A DNA stretch of 64,000 nt, from NCBI GenBank assembly GCA_049617635.1, contig JBMZJQ010000002.1, forward strand, positions 8,558-72,557, read 5' to 3'. Source of the stretch: Poseidonia sp. (GTDB taxonomy: Archaea; Thermoplasmatota; Poseidoniia; Poseidoniales; Poseidoniaceae). The notes beneath the pieces were generated by a model. That model was not told where the DNA came from and ran no database searches. It worked only from the letters and a program-made list of their open reading frames with translations. A program made the position numbers and the translations under genes. Below are positions 8,824 to 19,032 of the stretch, piece after piece (the first letter of the stretch is position 1; each line of letters starts with the position of its first letter).

Positions 8824-11800
8824 ATGCTGGTTCGACGGAGTCTGGGTCTCGTGGTCTTGTTGTTGGCCATGTCCTTTTCTCATCCAGTCAACACCTTGTC
8901 TGACCTTGCCCAACCGCACACCAGTCCGAGCAATCCAACGGGTGTTGATGTGACGGTCACAGGTGTGGATGTTGCTTACACCAGCAATTCTGGCTCAGCG
9001 CTGTACAAGATGTTTTCATCAAACCATCCCATTCTCGGTTTCAATCGACCGGCAAATCTCTACGTCATTGACGGCATGCTCAACGTGTCATCGACGCTCA
9101 CCATCACCGTTGAAAACATTGGCGTTGCCGCTTCCGGCGTTATTGACATCAATGTGCTCCTTCTTCACAACGAATACTCCTACTTTGAATTCGTGAACAC
9201 CAGTGTGCAGATGGCACAGTTGTTTGGCGGAGATAGCAACACCGCAAGCGTCGCCATCACCCCGAGTTATGCCGGCAACCACACCCTCGTGGTCCGTGCA
9301 ACTTCGGCTGTATCCGATGATGTTCCGAGCAACGATGCATTGAGCGAAGGATTCACGGTTGGCTTTGATTACTTCAACTGCGACTCGAGTAGCGCATGGA
9401 CGTTTGGTTCGGGATGGAGCATGAGCACTGATACATCTCTATCTCAGGGGAGAAGTTGCCATGTAGGTAACGGTCAATCATCAACCTACAGCAACAACAT
9501 GATTGCAAGTCTAACCACGCCTGTCATGGATCTATCAGATGCCATCAGCAGTCCATTGCGAACAAACGGATTGAGTTTCTACTACACCGGAAGTTCAGCT
9601 GCCAATGACAAACTCACCATGTACGGAAGAAATGCCTTTGGCGCCTGGAGTGAAATCGGGTCGTTCAGCGGAACGATTGATCAAGTCTTTACAGACGGTG
9701 CGAATTGGAACACGTTTAGCATCAATGACAAGGGCGCAACCTCCCCGTTGGTCCCCGTCAGTTCAGATTTGTTCCACAGCACGTCGCAATTCAAGTACGA
9801 GTTTACATCCGACGCAAGCGGAACCGATATCGGGTTTTACATCGATGACATCGTCCTCGTCTACGACCAAAAGGTCCGGCCCATGGAATACAATGTCTCT
9901 GCGCAAGGCATCTCAACCAACGGCGCTGTTCCAGGAGAGTGGGGGAGCATCACACTGAAGGTCGTCAACACAGGAAACATTACCGAGACGTATCTCCCAG
10001 AGTTGACGGGTTTACCTGCTAGTTGGAACGCCTATTACACCAGACCGTCGGGAACAAGTTTCGATCCTCTTCAAGGGTTGGTCGTGTCACCGGGTGCACC
10101 GCAAGAATTCAACATCATGATTCAACCAGACCCGAACGCCACCGTTGGTTTTCAACAGATGTCGCTCAAGGTAACTTCAGCATCCTATGCCAGCGTTTCT
10201 GACACCCTCCCGGTTCAGTTCTTGGTCAAGGCTGACCGAATCCCTGTCATCCTGACGCCCCCTGTACGACCGAGTTGCCCACCGTCCTACACCTGTACGT
10301 TTGAGGTCGAGATGACCAACGAAGGCGGAGCAACCGATGTCTTCGACCTCGGCGTGGATACAACGAACGTTCCAAACGATTGGAGCATCGCTCTTGCATG
10401 GACGCAGGCTTCGTCGGTCCTGATACGACCCGGCGAGACCGTTGCAGCCCTGTTCACGTTGACGCCACCGTCAGGCGTGGCCCCCGACACTGTTGTCGGA
10501 TTTGATTTGACGCTGACTGCACAAAACGACTCCAGTCGAGTTGACATCAAGGAAATTGAAGTCTCAGCATCCATGATTTCAGACGCAGCCGTTGACATGG
10601 TTGAATCGCTGAAAACCGCAAGAATGATGGTTGATGCCGGTGAACTCATCACCCTCGAATACGAGATTTGGAACAACGCAACCCGTCAGGACATTTTCTC
10701 AATGCGAGTTCAAGTGGATGATCCAGGCAATTGGGTCGTCCATCAACCCACCCGTCCTAACGCCGTGTTGAACGCCGGTACATCCACGACATTCAAAATC
10801 ACCGTTGAGGTTCCAGCGACGGCCCAAGCAAACGACCGCGGACCTGTTATTACGCCCATCATTGAATCAGAGCGAAGTCGAATGGTCATTGAAGGCGACC
10901 CCTACGATGGATTGCGCGTGAGGACAACACACGACATCCAATTATCGCTCATCGATGCACCGACAAAACTAACGCCCGGCGTAGCCAACGAAATCCTTCT
11001 GCAGGTAAGCAACAACGGAAACGGACCATCAACCGTTATCGTTCAAGCCAACGATCTTCCAGAGACCTGGACGTGGTGGTTGACCGAAGACGGGGAAAAC
11101 CTCTCCGGGCCAATCTCCTTGACGGTATCTTACGACTTAGAACATGAGGCCAATATCTCCCTCTGGTTGCTCTTGCCGATGACGGAATCGGCCGGCGAAT
11201 TGCATACAATCGCTATATCAAGCCACCATGAAGGCGAAGGAGATGATGCCAATCCGGCAGACAACGCTGTTGAATTTGTTGCCACGACCGGAGCCGTGCG
11301 CCTTCCATCGGTGGCCTTGACGGACCAAAGTACCTCCACGATGGCAGGTGAATCGATGTTCGCTGAAGCGGTTGTCACCAATGCAGGAAACGCCTTCGAA
11401 AACCGACTGTCCGTCACTGCCAGCGTTTCATCATCGCCTCCTGTGGCCGGACTCATCGCCTTTTTCACCGTTGATGGTGGTGACAAGACAGTTGGTGCGC
11501 CTGCAACTCTTGCCGTCCCTCCCGGTGGTGTTCAAGCGCTCAGACTCGAGGTCTTGATTCCAGATGATGCTCCCCTCAACACACGCTTTGTCCTCCGGTT
11601 TGACTTCGATGGAGCCGTTGACGAAAACGGTCTACCGATGGAAATGATGGTGGAAGCCATGGTGCTGTTGGACCAGCGAAGAAGCATGGACGTTGATGTT
11701 GCGCGAGCCACCAACGATACCGTGGCCTACGGAACGACTGCTCGTGTTTGGGTGAACCACTCATCCACGTCGACCATGGCAGAGTCATACACATTAAGAG

Positions 11801-12348
11801 CCCAAGGTGAAGATGGGTGGCAACTCACCTGCGACAAACGTCTTCTCAACGAAACAGGTTCAACGTACGAGTTGCCCCCGGGCCATATCACTCCACAATT
11901 CAAACAACATTCATGCGAGGTTCTCCGCCTCAGTGGACCACTCACCGGTACGGTGGTGTACACCCTCGCAAATGCGGATGGGTCTCTCTACCAAACCCAC
12001 GAATTATCGTTCACGTTCGCATCTCCACCTGCTGATGAAAGCATGTCGACCACGATGCTGATTGGAGGTGGCGCAGGCCTTCTCGTCTTTGTAGTGACAC
12101 TTCTGATGCTGATGGGCCGGCGCCCTTCCGATAAAGAGAACCCGTTTGAGTCAGAACCGGTTCAATCAGCAGGGCCACCGATCTCCTCGGCACAATCAAC
12201 CCATGCAGACCCACAGGCCGAAGAAGTCGTTTCACAACCACACGCTCAGGCAACAGGGCCCCCTCTCCCACCTGAAGGATTGCCCCCCGGCTGGAGTGAG
12301 GAACAGTGGGCATATTATGGGCAGCAATACCTTGATGGAACGCTTTGA
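8824..12348 (+). CDS. Giant (1174 aa) cell-surface glycoprotein-like protein; S-layer or surface-adhesin candidate
   Basis: N-terminal signal peptide, a very long Thr/Ser/Val/Asn-rich beta-type sequence with dozens of NxS/T sequons, a single C-terminal TM (LLVFVVTLLMLM), and a Pro-rich cytoplasmic tail. Confidence 0.7.
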   Translation: MLVRRSLGLVVLLLAMSFSHPVNTLSDLAQPHTSPSNPTGVDVTVTGVDVAYTSNSGSALYKMFSSNHPILGFNRPANLYVIDGMLNVSSTLTITVENIGVAASGVIDINVLLLHNEYSYFEFVNTSVQMAQLFGGDSNTASVAITPSYAGNHTLVVRATSAVSDDVPSNDALSEGFTVGFDYFNCDSSSAWTFGSGWSMSTDTSLSQGRSCHVGNGQSSTYSNNMIASLTTPVMDLSDAISSPLRTNGLSFYYTGSSAANDKLTMYGRNAFGAWSEIGSFSGTIDQVFTDGANWNTFSINDKGATSPLVPVSSDLFHSTSQFKYEFTSDASGTDIGFYIDDIVLVYDQKVRPMEYNVSAQGISTNGAVPGEWGSITLKVVNTGNITETYLPELTGLPASWNAYYTRPSGTSFDPLQGLVVSPGAPQEFNIMIQPDPNATVGFQQMSLKVTSASYASVSDTLPVQFLVKADRIPVILTPPVRPSCPPSYTCTFEVEMTNEGGATDVFDLGVDTTNVPNDWSIALAWTQASSVLIRPGETVAALFTLTPPSGVAPDTVVGFDLTLTAQNDSSRVDIKEIEVSASMISDAAVDMVESLKTARMMVDAGELITLEYEIWNNATRQDIFSMRVQVDDPGNWVVHQPTRPNAVLNAGTSTTFKITVEVPATAQANDRGPVITPIIESERSRMVIEGDPYDGLRVRTTHDIQLSLIDAPTKLTPGVANEILLQVSNNGNGPSTVIVQANDLPETWTWWLTEDGENLSGPISLTVSYDLEHEANISLWLLLPMTESAGELHTIAISSHHEGEGDDANPADNAVEFVATTGAVRLPSVALTDQSTSTMAGESMFAEAVVTNAGNAFENRLSVTASVSSSPPVAGLIAFFTVDGGDKTVGAPATLAVPPGGVQALRLEVLIPDDAPLNTRFVLRFDFDGAVDENGLPMEMMVEAMVLLDQRRSMDVDVARATNDTVAYGTTARVWVNHSSTSTMAESYTLRAQGEDGWQLTCDKRLLNETGSTYELPPGHITPQFKQHSCEVLRLSGPLTGTVVYTLANADGSLYQTHELSFTFASPPADESMSTTMLIGGGAGLLVFVVTLLMLMGRRPSDKENPFESEPVQSAGPPISSAQSTHADPQAEEVVSQPHAQATGPPLPPEGLPPGWSEEQWAYYGQQYLDGTL

Positions 12349-12542
12349 TGAGGGTGTTCTGTGGAAGAATACCCCGCCTTGTGGTACGCTTTGTGGCTGA
12401 TGGTCGCCGTGTGTGGGGTTGGGACATGGTATCTGCGAAACTTCACGCAACGCGTTCATGCAACTCGCCTCATGGCACTCATGGGCACTGCCACGATGCT
12501 GACATTGGTCACGTGGACATGGTCTGAATTTTAGGTGGTAAC

Positions 12543-13049
12543 ATGGACCGCTTAGCAGGACTGTCGGGTCACCGTTTGGAACATCATTACCCGTGCCGTG
12601 TGCCGGTGTGGTGGGGGCGGACCGGTGATGTTGAGAAAGATCCTGGAATCATTGGCGTCAGTGGACGAAGGGTTGTCATACGAATTCCGAAACAATTCAA
12701 ACGATTGGAAGCCCTGTTTGCAAAATGGTTCCGTGCACCAAGGGAACTACGACGACCACTTGATACCATGAACAGCATGGTTTGGGAACTGTGTGACGGA
12801 TCTCGAACATTTGCAGAAATTTGCGCGGTACTCGATTCGACCTTTCAAGAAGCCATCGCGCCGGTGCTGGAACGAACAACAGCGGCTCTTCGACAATTTG
12901 AAGCCAACAATCTCATGCTCATCTTAGAGGAACCGCTGAACCAACGATGGCATGTAGGGCCAGGCAAGACACCAGAACATCAGGTTCTTGGAGAGTTATC
13001 AAAAGAACTCAACATTGATGCCACGCCCCTCAAAGGTGAAGCTGTTTGA
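12543..13049 (+). CDS. PqqD-family (RiPP-recognition-element-like) protein with N-terminal extension
   Basis: The central region VVIRIP...MVWELCDGSRTFAEICAVLDSTF...AALRQFEANNLM fits the PqqD winged-helix signature (WxLCDGxRT...EI). Confidence 0.5.
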   Translation: MDRLAGLSGHRLEHHYPCRVPVWWGRTGDVEKDPGIIGVSGRRVVIRIPKQFKRLEALFAKWFRAPRELRRPLDTMNSMVWELCDGSRTFAEICAVLDSTFQEAIAPVLERTTAALRQFEANNLMLILEEPLNQRWHVGPGKTPEHQVLGELSKELNIDATPLKGEAV

Positions 13050-13060
13050 CCAATATTCCG

Positions 13061-13798
13061 TCAATTGGGAGCCCAAACAAGCCGGAAACCCAACCCATCG
13101 GAGCGTTTCTCAAGAGGCGAAGATGAACGTGCCCCGTTTCTCGTCGAATCACTCTCGGTGAACCAAGACCCACCGCGGACTACCTTCCGCGAGGATGAAG
13201 AAACCAAGTATGGTTGTTGACCTCGAACATCGTTCAAATGAGGCACCCAGTCATCGCCACACCACTCGTTGACCAATCCGTTCATGTCAAAAAACCCCCA
13301 AGGATTCGGTTGCTTCAAACCAACTTCCCTCGTATGACCACCGGCGTTTCCGGCATGCCAACCGTAGTCGTCAAGTTCCACATCTTTGTCACCAAAGGCC
13401 CATCGTGTGGTACTGCCTGCTCTCGCGGTGTATTCCCATTCCACTTCCGAAGGCAGACGCCATGCACCTTCCAGTCCAAGACGCGTTTCGCCTTTTTCTC
13501 GTTCGTTCAGGCGGAGCAAAAAACGCTCAATATCATGAAAATTCACGCACTCGACAGGGCGAAGACCTGCACTCCAACCTTCTTGGAATTTTGAGGGATT
13601 TTCGCCCATAACGTCCATCCAATGGGCTTGTGTTACCAAGCGTTCACCCATAAAGAAGGGTTCTTCGATGGTGACCACTGCTGCAGGTTGCTCGACAGGC
13701 GATGCATCGTGCGCTGCGTTTCCGAAAAGAAATGTTCCCGGTTCCACCAGTCGGTAGGTCGCCCCCCAAGCATCGGTAAATGCAGGTGTGGCGTCCAC
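13061..13798 (-). CDS. Formylglycine-generating-enzyme (FGE/SUMF1/EgtB-type) family protein
   Basis: Motifs WRLPSEVEWEYTARAG, GNAGGHT, NPWGFFDMNGLVNEWC and RGGSWF are characteristic of the FGE-sulfatase fold. Confidence 0.75.
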   Translation of the reverse strand: MDATPAFTDAWGATYRLVEPGTFLFGNAAHDASPVEQPAAVVTIEEPFFMGERLVTQAHWMDVMGENPSKFQEGWSAGLRPVECVNFHDIERFLLRLNEREKGETRLGLEGAWRLPSEVEWEYTARAGSTTRWAFGDKDVELDDYGWHAGNAGGHTREVGLKQPNPWGFFDMNGLVNEWCGDDWVPHLNDVRGQQPYLVSSSSRKVVRGGSWFTESDSTRNGARSSSPLEKRSDGLGFRLVWAPN

Positions 13799-13813
13799 GA
13801 TGCACCCACTCGC

Positions 13814-14362
13814 TCAATCACGAAGTTTCCCAGCAGCATCAAGAACTGATTTGACCAAGGCGCTCAAGCGCTCCTGAAGAGCGGGATCGTTGAGTTGACC
13901 CTCCTCATCGAACGCTTCCTTGACATGCCCGATGGCCAGTTGTTCAGGAACAGGCCAACCGTGGAGCCAGCGAAGAGAGATTCGCATGTGATTGAGGGTG
14001 TTCGCGTTCGTCACTCCACCAAGCGTTGACATCAATCCGAACACTTTTCCGCCAACGTGTTTGTCGTACATCCAATCCATGGTGTTCTTCATCACACCTG
14101 ACATGGTACCGTGGTACTCGGGTGAGGACAGGAAAAACGCATCGCATTCGGTCAAAAGTTTCTGAAAAGCCTGAACATTCGGGTGGTTCCAACATCCCTC
14201 TTCGCCAACCAGAGGCAAGGGTTGTTCAGCCAAATCCCAAAACACAACCTCAGCTCCATGTTCTGCAGCGAGATTGAGTGCTGCGTTCACGAGCATGCCA
14301 GATTTTGATGTTGCTCGGTATTCTCCTGCGAGGCCCAAAATCTTCAGCGTTGAGGCGGTCAT
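13814..14362 (-). CDS. NAD(P)H-dependent FMN reductase (SsuE/flavodoxin-like)
   Basis: LKILGLAGEYRATSKSG...SPEYHGTMSGVMKNTMDW follows the FMN_red family pattern. Start placed at MTASTLK. Confidence 0.75.
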   Translation of the reverse strand: MTASTLKILGLAGEYRATSKSGMLVNAALNLAAEHGAEVVFWDLAEQPLPLVGEEGCWNHPNVQAFQKLLTECDAFFLSSPEYHGTMSGVMKNTMDWMYDKHVGGKVFGLMSTLGGVTNANTLNHMRISLRWLHGWPVPEQLAIGHVKEAFDEEGQLNDPALQERLSALVKSVLDAAGKLRD

Positions 14363-14408
14363 GTTTGTGCGGAGCGAATGGCGACCTTTGAATGTAGGCA
14401 TCTACCTC

Positions 14409-16808
14409 ATGTCCAACAAGAAGCAAGACTTATTCGGGTTTTCCTTCTCGTCACAATTCGGTGACACCATGAGTGGTGACGAGCAGTCTGATTCTCCTGC
14501 AGAAGCAGTTGAGGACGACCTGGATGACATCGCCCTCGCATCGGTGGATGATGCCATTGCAGCCGTTGAAAATGAGGACGTCCCAGAACCCGTTCCTGAA
14601 ACAAAAAAACCAGCGAGCAACATCATTCCAGAAATCGAGGAAATTGACGACCCGGAAGAAATGGTTCAAATCTTGCTCACCGTTGGTGAAGAGCGAAGTC
14701 GTCACGGCGATGTGAAGGGTGCATTGGCTGCCTTCAACAAAGCCATCGCACTGGATCCTTCAAGCGACATGGCATGGTTCAATCGAGGCGTTTTGTTGGA
14801 GGCTCAACAGGACGCACGTGGAGCCCGTCAATCCTTCCAAATATGCCTTGACCTCAACGAAAACCATGCCCCTGCGACGGCCAACATGGCCATTTTGCTG
14901 GAACGAATAGGTGACCTTGAGGGGGCCTACAACATGGCAGAGCGTGCCTTGAGTTTCTTCCCCGGCCACCCGGCATTGGTCGAATTGCAAGCACGCTGCA
15001 AAGACAGCGGGATCAGCGTCTCCATGGAATCGATGCAACCATCGGTGACCGTTACCCAAGAGGTCGACATGCAGGTCGTGGCCGATATCGCTGAAGAGGC
15101 AGGAATTGAGGACCCTGAAATGTTGTTGCAAGAAGCCGTGCATCACGACCATGATTCTGACGACTCGCTCTCTGTAGAGGAACTGAAAAGCGCAGCAGAA
15201 ATCGTTGTTGCCCAACAAGAAGCGATTACTGAAACCACAGCGCAGCCCATCGAGGACGAGGTTGTTGAACAACCGCAGGACGACGAAGAACCCGTTTCAG
15301 AAGATGTGCTTGACATGGATGCTCTTGTTGAGGAAGCGACGCAACTGCTCAAGGAAGGTGAACCAAAACAAGCGCTTGGCTTGTTGAAGCCTCATCTCAA
15401 GACCATCGCTGCTGAACATTCGGGAGCATGGCGAATCGCTGGAGGGGCAATGGCTCGACTGAATCTGGACAACCACGCCATTGCCGCCATGACGCACGCG
15501 CAGAATCTCGATCCCAGCCATGCTTCTGGCTGGTTCAATTTGGGGTCGATTCAACAACGTGACGGTCAAGCAAAAGCAGCACTTGAGTCTTACAAACGAG
15601 CAGTTGATGCCGATAATATGTACCTCAAAGCAGCAGAAAAAATGCTCAATCTCGCAGAGGAACAGGGCATGATTGAGCGATTTCTCGAGGCGGGACGATT
15701 GGTTTACGCCATTGAACCAACGCACGAGGCCGTTGAGAAACTTGCATCGATGCTTCTCGACCTTGCCAACGGCGAAAATCAGGTGCTCGAACAAGTAGGA
15801 GGACTGCCCCCAACCCTTCCCGCCGGACCCGAAATGGCCGCTGAGGCATTGGCATACCTTGGTGCGGAGCCTTCACCGAAAAGGGCGCTCGCTCTCTCGT
15901 TGAGCCTCCAACACGGCGATGCTGTCTTGATGTGGAAAGGCCTGATTCAATCGCAACCAGAACATGCCGAACATTGGACTGGACTGGCCCGTGCTTTGGA
16001 ACAGGCAGGTGATCTCGAAACCGCAGCAAAGTGTCACGCAAAAGCTGCCGCCATGGGTTCACCAACTCCAGATGGGGGCACTGACGATGGAGTAAGTGCT
16101 GAGGCACCTGCGGTGGCCCTCGAAGAAGAACCCCAACCTCAAGCCATGGACTTGGAAGATGCTTCATCAACCCTCGCTCCCATCGTTATCACCGAAAATC
16201 CCGTGGTAGAAACCGTTCCACAACCCGCTGTTGCACATGAGCAAGCATCGTTGTTGCTAACACCGGTTGAACAAGCTGTTCAACCAGAGGTGCAAGAGGC
16301 TCGCCCAGAAGTGGACCTTGCAAAAGCAGCACTCGATGCTGCCCAAGCGGTTTCTGCTAACATCCCTCAAACAACCGAATCCAAAGCGATTTCCAACCAA
16401 GACGTCGCTTGGTTCAATCAAGGTGTGCAACTGATTGATGACAAAAAGTATCGTGAAGCACTGTCGTGTTTTGACAAAGCCCTTCCCGCTTTTGCAGGTG
16501 ACGACGCCATGATCATCCGTATCCTCAACAACCGAGGAAACGCCTACTATTTCCTGGAGGATTACCCCAAGTGTGTGGAATCCTATCATCAAGCGATGTT
16601 GATCCGTCCAACCGAAGTTCGAGGAGAAACCCTGTACAACATGGGCACGGCTTACGCTGAAATGGAACGCTATCGTGATGCAATCAAGTGCTTTGAGCAA
16701 GCCATTCCCCGTGGCCTGAGTGAAGAAGCAAAGCGTCGTGCGAAAGACCAAATTCGCCGCTGCAACATCCTCCAGAAAGCCATCGACAAAAAACGGAAGA
16801 GGCGTTAA
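14409..16808 (+). CDS. Acidic TPR-repeat protein
   Basis: Multiple TPR-like units (AWFNRGVLLEAQQD..., WFNLGSIQQRDGQ..., YNMGTAYAEMERYRDAIKCFEQA) separated by very acidic low-complexity linkers. Start placed at MSNKKQ. Confidence 0.7.
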   Translation: MSNKKQDLFGFSFSSQFGDTMSGDEQSDSPAEAVEDDLDDIALASVDDAIAAVENEDVPEPVPETKKPASNIIPEIEEIDDPEEMVQILLTVGEERSRHGDVKGALAAFNKAIALDPSSDMAWFNRGVLLEAQQDARGARQSFQICLDLNENHAPATANMAILLERIGDLEGAYNMAERALSFFPGHPALVELQARCKDSGISVSMESMQPSVTVTQEVDMQVVADIAEEAGIEDPEMLLQEAVHHDHDSDDSLSVEELKSAAEIVVAQQEAITETTAQPIEDEVVEQPQDDEEPVSEDVLDMDALVEEATQLLKEGEPKQALGLLKPHLKTIAAEHSGAWRIAGGAMARLNLDNHAIAAMTHAQNLDPSHASGWFNLGSIQQRDGQAKAALESYKRAVDADNMYLKAAEKMLNLAEEQGMIERFLEAGRLVYAIEPTHEAVEKLASMLLDLANGENQVLEQVGGLPPTLPAGPEMAAEALAYLGAEPSPKRALALSLSLQHGDAVLMWKGLIQSQPEHAEHWTGLARALEQAGDLETAAKCHAKAAAMGSPTPDGGTDDGVSAEAPAVALEEEPQPQAMDLEDASSTLAPIVITENPVVETVPQPAVAHEQASLLLTPVEQAVQPEVQEARPEVDLAKAALDAAQAVSANIPQTTESKAISNQDVAWFNQGVQLIDDKKYREALSCFDKALPAFAGDDAMIIRILNNRGNAYYFLEDYPKCVESYHQAMLIRPTEVRGETLYNMGTAYAEMERYRDAIKCFEQAIPRGLSEEAKRRAKDQIRRCNILQKAIDKKRKRR

Positions 16809-16934
16809 TTCGGCCGCTGAAGTGGTCAAGTTCAAAAACGGTGGACTCCTCCCTGTGTCATGGACTGCGGAACATGTGAATCGGCTTCCCCACTTCAAGT
16901 GAACATCCCAGAAGTGGTGGATGTGGAATTGACG

Positions 16935-17240
16935 ATGACCGAGAAGGCAACCTCGATGCTTTCCGATGCCTTCGGTGACGACCGAAGCCATGCGCTTCTG
17001 GTCGGCGTTCTCAGCGGCGGCTGTTCGGGCTACATGTACGATTTGCAAATTGTTGAATCCACGGAAACACCGTGTCAAGAATTGAACATCAACGGATTCC
17101 GCGTGCTCGTTCCAACGGCGTCGAGCCACCTCCTGAACGGGATTGAAATCGACTACGTTGACCGATTGATGGGTGGGGGATTCAAGATCAACAACCCGAA
17201 TGCATCCGCTTCGTGCGGCTGTGGTGAATCCTTTTCCTGA
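16935..17240 (+). CDS. IscA/HesB-family Fe-S cluster insertion protein
   Basis: C-terminal CGCGESF motif together with an upstream Cys (GGCSGY). Confidence 0.8.
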   Translation: MTEKATSMLSDAFGDDRSHALLVGVLSGGCSGYMYDLQIVESTETPCQELNINGFRVLVPTASSHLLNGIEIDYVDRLMGGGFKINNPNASASCGCGESFS

Positions 17241-17249
17241 GGGCCCACC

Positions 17250-17903
17250 ATGGGCATGGTACAGCACGACGCTTACCTGCTGTTGCTCCAAGGCAGCGAA
17301 TGTTTGGGTTTTCTTGACGGGCTCAGCACCAACGCCGTCAACGGTTCGTGCACGACGGTGTTTACCGAACGTACGGCGAAGATCATCGATGTTTGCGACA
17401 TCATTGAACTTCCGAACGGTGTTGTCGTGGTGGGTTATGGACCAACACGAGAGCGAATGGTCGAGCACCTCCAATCTCGGTTGTTGGGCAGGAACATCAG
17501 CATGACCGATATTTCTCATCTCAACAACGTCTATGTCGGAACCGGTGAGGACTCACCACCACCCAACGCTACGGTTCATTCCAGTTTCTTCGGAACGATG
17601 CTCATCGTGCCCGTGGCAACGCCATACGAGTCGACATGGACAAAAGGCGAATGGGACGAACATCGTATTCAACATCGACTCCCGTTCTATGGTCATGAAA
17701 TCAGCGATCGAGTTCATCCACTGGCGTGCGGCCTTGATGAGCTTGTTCATCCAAACAAGGGCTGTTATGTTGGCCAGGAAGTGCTAACACGGATGCGGAG
17801 CAGAGGTAAACAGGGGCACCGCCTTACGGTCTTGGAAAATCCAGTCGACGACCCAACCACGCTCGGTCAAACGCACAGCATGTGCATCGTTCGAGTTCAG
17901 TAA
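17250..17903 (+). CDS. YgfZ/GcvT-like folate-binding protein (Fe-S cluster repair)
   Basis: C-terminal KGCYVGQE motif typical of the YgfZ / aminomethyltransferase-fold family. Immediately downstream of IscA. Confidence 0.7.
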   Translation: MGMVQHDAYLLLLQGSECLGFLDGLSTNAVNGSCTTVFTERTAKIIDVCDIIELPNGVVVVGYGPTRERMVEHLQSRLLGRNISMTDISHLNNVYVGTGEDSPPPNATVHSSFFGTMLIVPVATPYESTWTKGEWDEHRIQHRLPFYGHEISDRVHPLACGLDELVHPNKGCYVGQEVLTRMRSRGKQGHRLTVLENPVDDPTTLGQTHSMCIVRVQ

Positions 17904-18844
17904 CCCAAAACGTCCACGAGTTGTTTCTTGTAAAATTCTCCTGAACCTTGGAGGGAGGACAATTCGCCTTCGGTGAGTTCGAGTTCAAAAATCCGCTCGA
18001 CCCCGTTTGCACCGATGATGCAAGGAACACCGATGTAGACATTTTCCAAACCATACTGGCCGGTGAGAAGACAAGATGCGGGAAGCAATCGTCGTCGGTC
18101 GTTGAGCACTGATTCTGCCATGACGGCGGCAGCGGAACCAGGGGCGTAAAAGGCTGAACCACGCTCGAGCAATTTCACGATTTCACCGCCACCGCTTGCT
18201 GTTCGAGCACTGATGGCTTCAATGCGTTCTTCTGAAATCAACTGCGTGATCGGAATACCCCCGACCGTGGTGTAACGTGGCAGCGGCACCATGGTGTCAC
18301 CGTGACCACCCAGCACCATCGGTGAAACATCTTCTTCTGCGCACCCCAATTCCAGTGCGATGAAATGGGCCATTCGAGCGCTGTCCAGAACACCGGCTTG
18401 GCCGATGACACGTTCTGGCGGGAAACCCGTTACCTTCTGCATGTGGTAGGTCATCAAATCAAGGGGATTGGTGACGACAATGACCACCGAATTGGGTGCG
18501 TGTTCTTTGATTCCGGCTCCGACTTGCGACACGATGTCAGCGTTTTTCCCGATCAAATCTTCTCGCGTCATGCCAGGTTGGCGAGGAAATCCAGAGGTGA
18601 CAACGATCACGTCCGAATCAGCGATATCGTTGTAGTCTGCGGTTCCGGTGATGCTCCCGTCGTAGTTGAGCACCGATGCATTTTGTGACATGTCGAGCGC
18701 TTTTCCTTTGGCAAACCCTTCGAAAATGTCCAAGAGAACAATGTCTGCAATTTTCATCTGTGCGAGGACAAAAGCGCAGGTTGCACCTACATTTCCAGCA
18801 CCGATGACAGCAATTTTTCTTCGTCCGTTCGCCACATTGACCAC
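17897..18844 (-). CDS. mdh: Malate dehydrogenase (LDH-like MDH family)
   Basis: KIAVIGAGNVG Rossmann motif, VVTNPLD and GGHGDTMVP motifs. Start uncertain: likely GTG, since there is no in-frame ATG near the Rossmann motif. Confidence 0.85.
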   Translation of the reverse strand: MVNVANGRRKIAVIGAGNVGATCAFVLAQMKIADIVLLDIFEGFAKGKALDMSQNASVLNYDGSITGTADYNDIADSDVIVVTSGFPRQPGMTREDLIGKNADIVSQVGAGIKEHAPNSVVIVVTNPLDLMTYHMQKVTGFPPERVIGQAGVLDSARMAHFIALELGCAEEDVSPMVLGGHGDTMVPLPRYTTVGGIPITQLISEERIEAISARTASGGGEIVKLLERGSAFYAPGSAAAVMAESVLNDRRRLLPASCLLTGQYGLENVYIGVPCIIGANGVERIFELELTEGELSSLQGSGEFYKKQLVDVLGY

Positions 18845-19032
18845 CTTCTGTTGGTGACCTGCAGCATTCAGTCCATAAGGACAATGGTGGCCAAATGAGC
18901 TGAAGAAATGAGGGCTGGCTGAAGAAGGTCCAACGATGGCGGCCAATCAATCAAAGCGTCGCATCTAAAAACCTCCTTCCGGTGGGGCGAATTGCACCTC
19001 CAATTCGTTGGTGTGGCCTTGTGGGTGAAATC

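Noticed and set aside
14760-16170. Several 165-175-aa minus-strand ORFs
   Set aside because: Antisense within the TPR-protein gene.
16257-17519. 420-aa minus-strand ORF spanning the TPR gene end, IscA and YgfZ start
   Set aside because: Antisense to three plus-strand genes with clear family motifs. Typical spurious long ORF in GC-rich DNA..
17897-18946. MDH ORF start at 18946 with a 35-aa N-terminal extension
   Set aside because: The extension is low-complexity and precedes the Rossmann motif by far more than in MDH/LDH homologues. An internal GTG start near 18835-18844 is more plausible.
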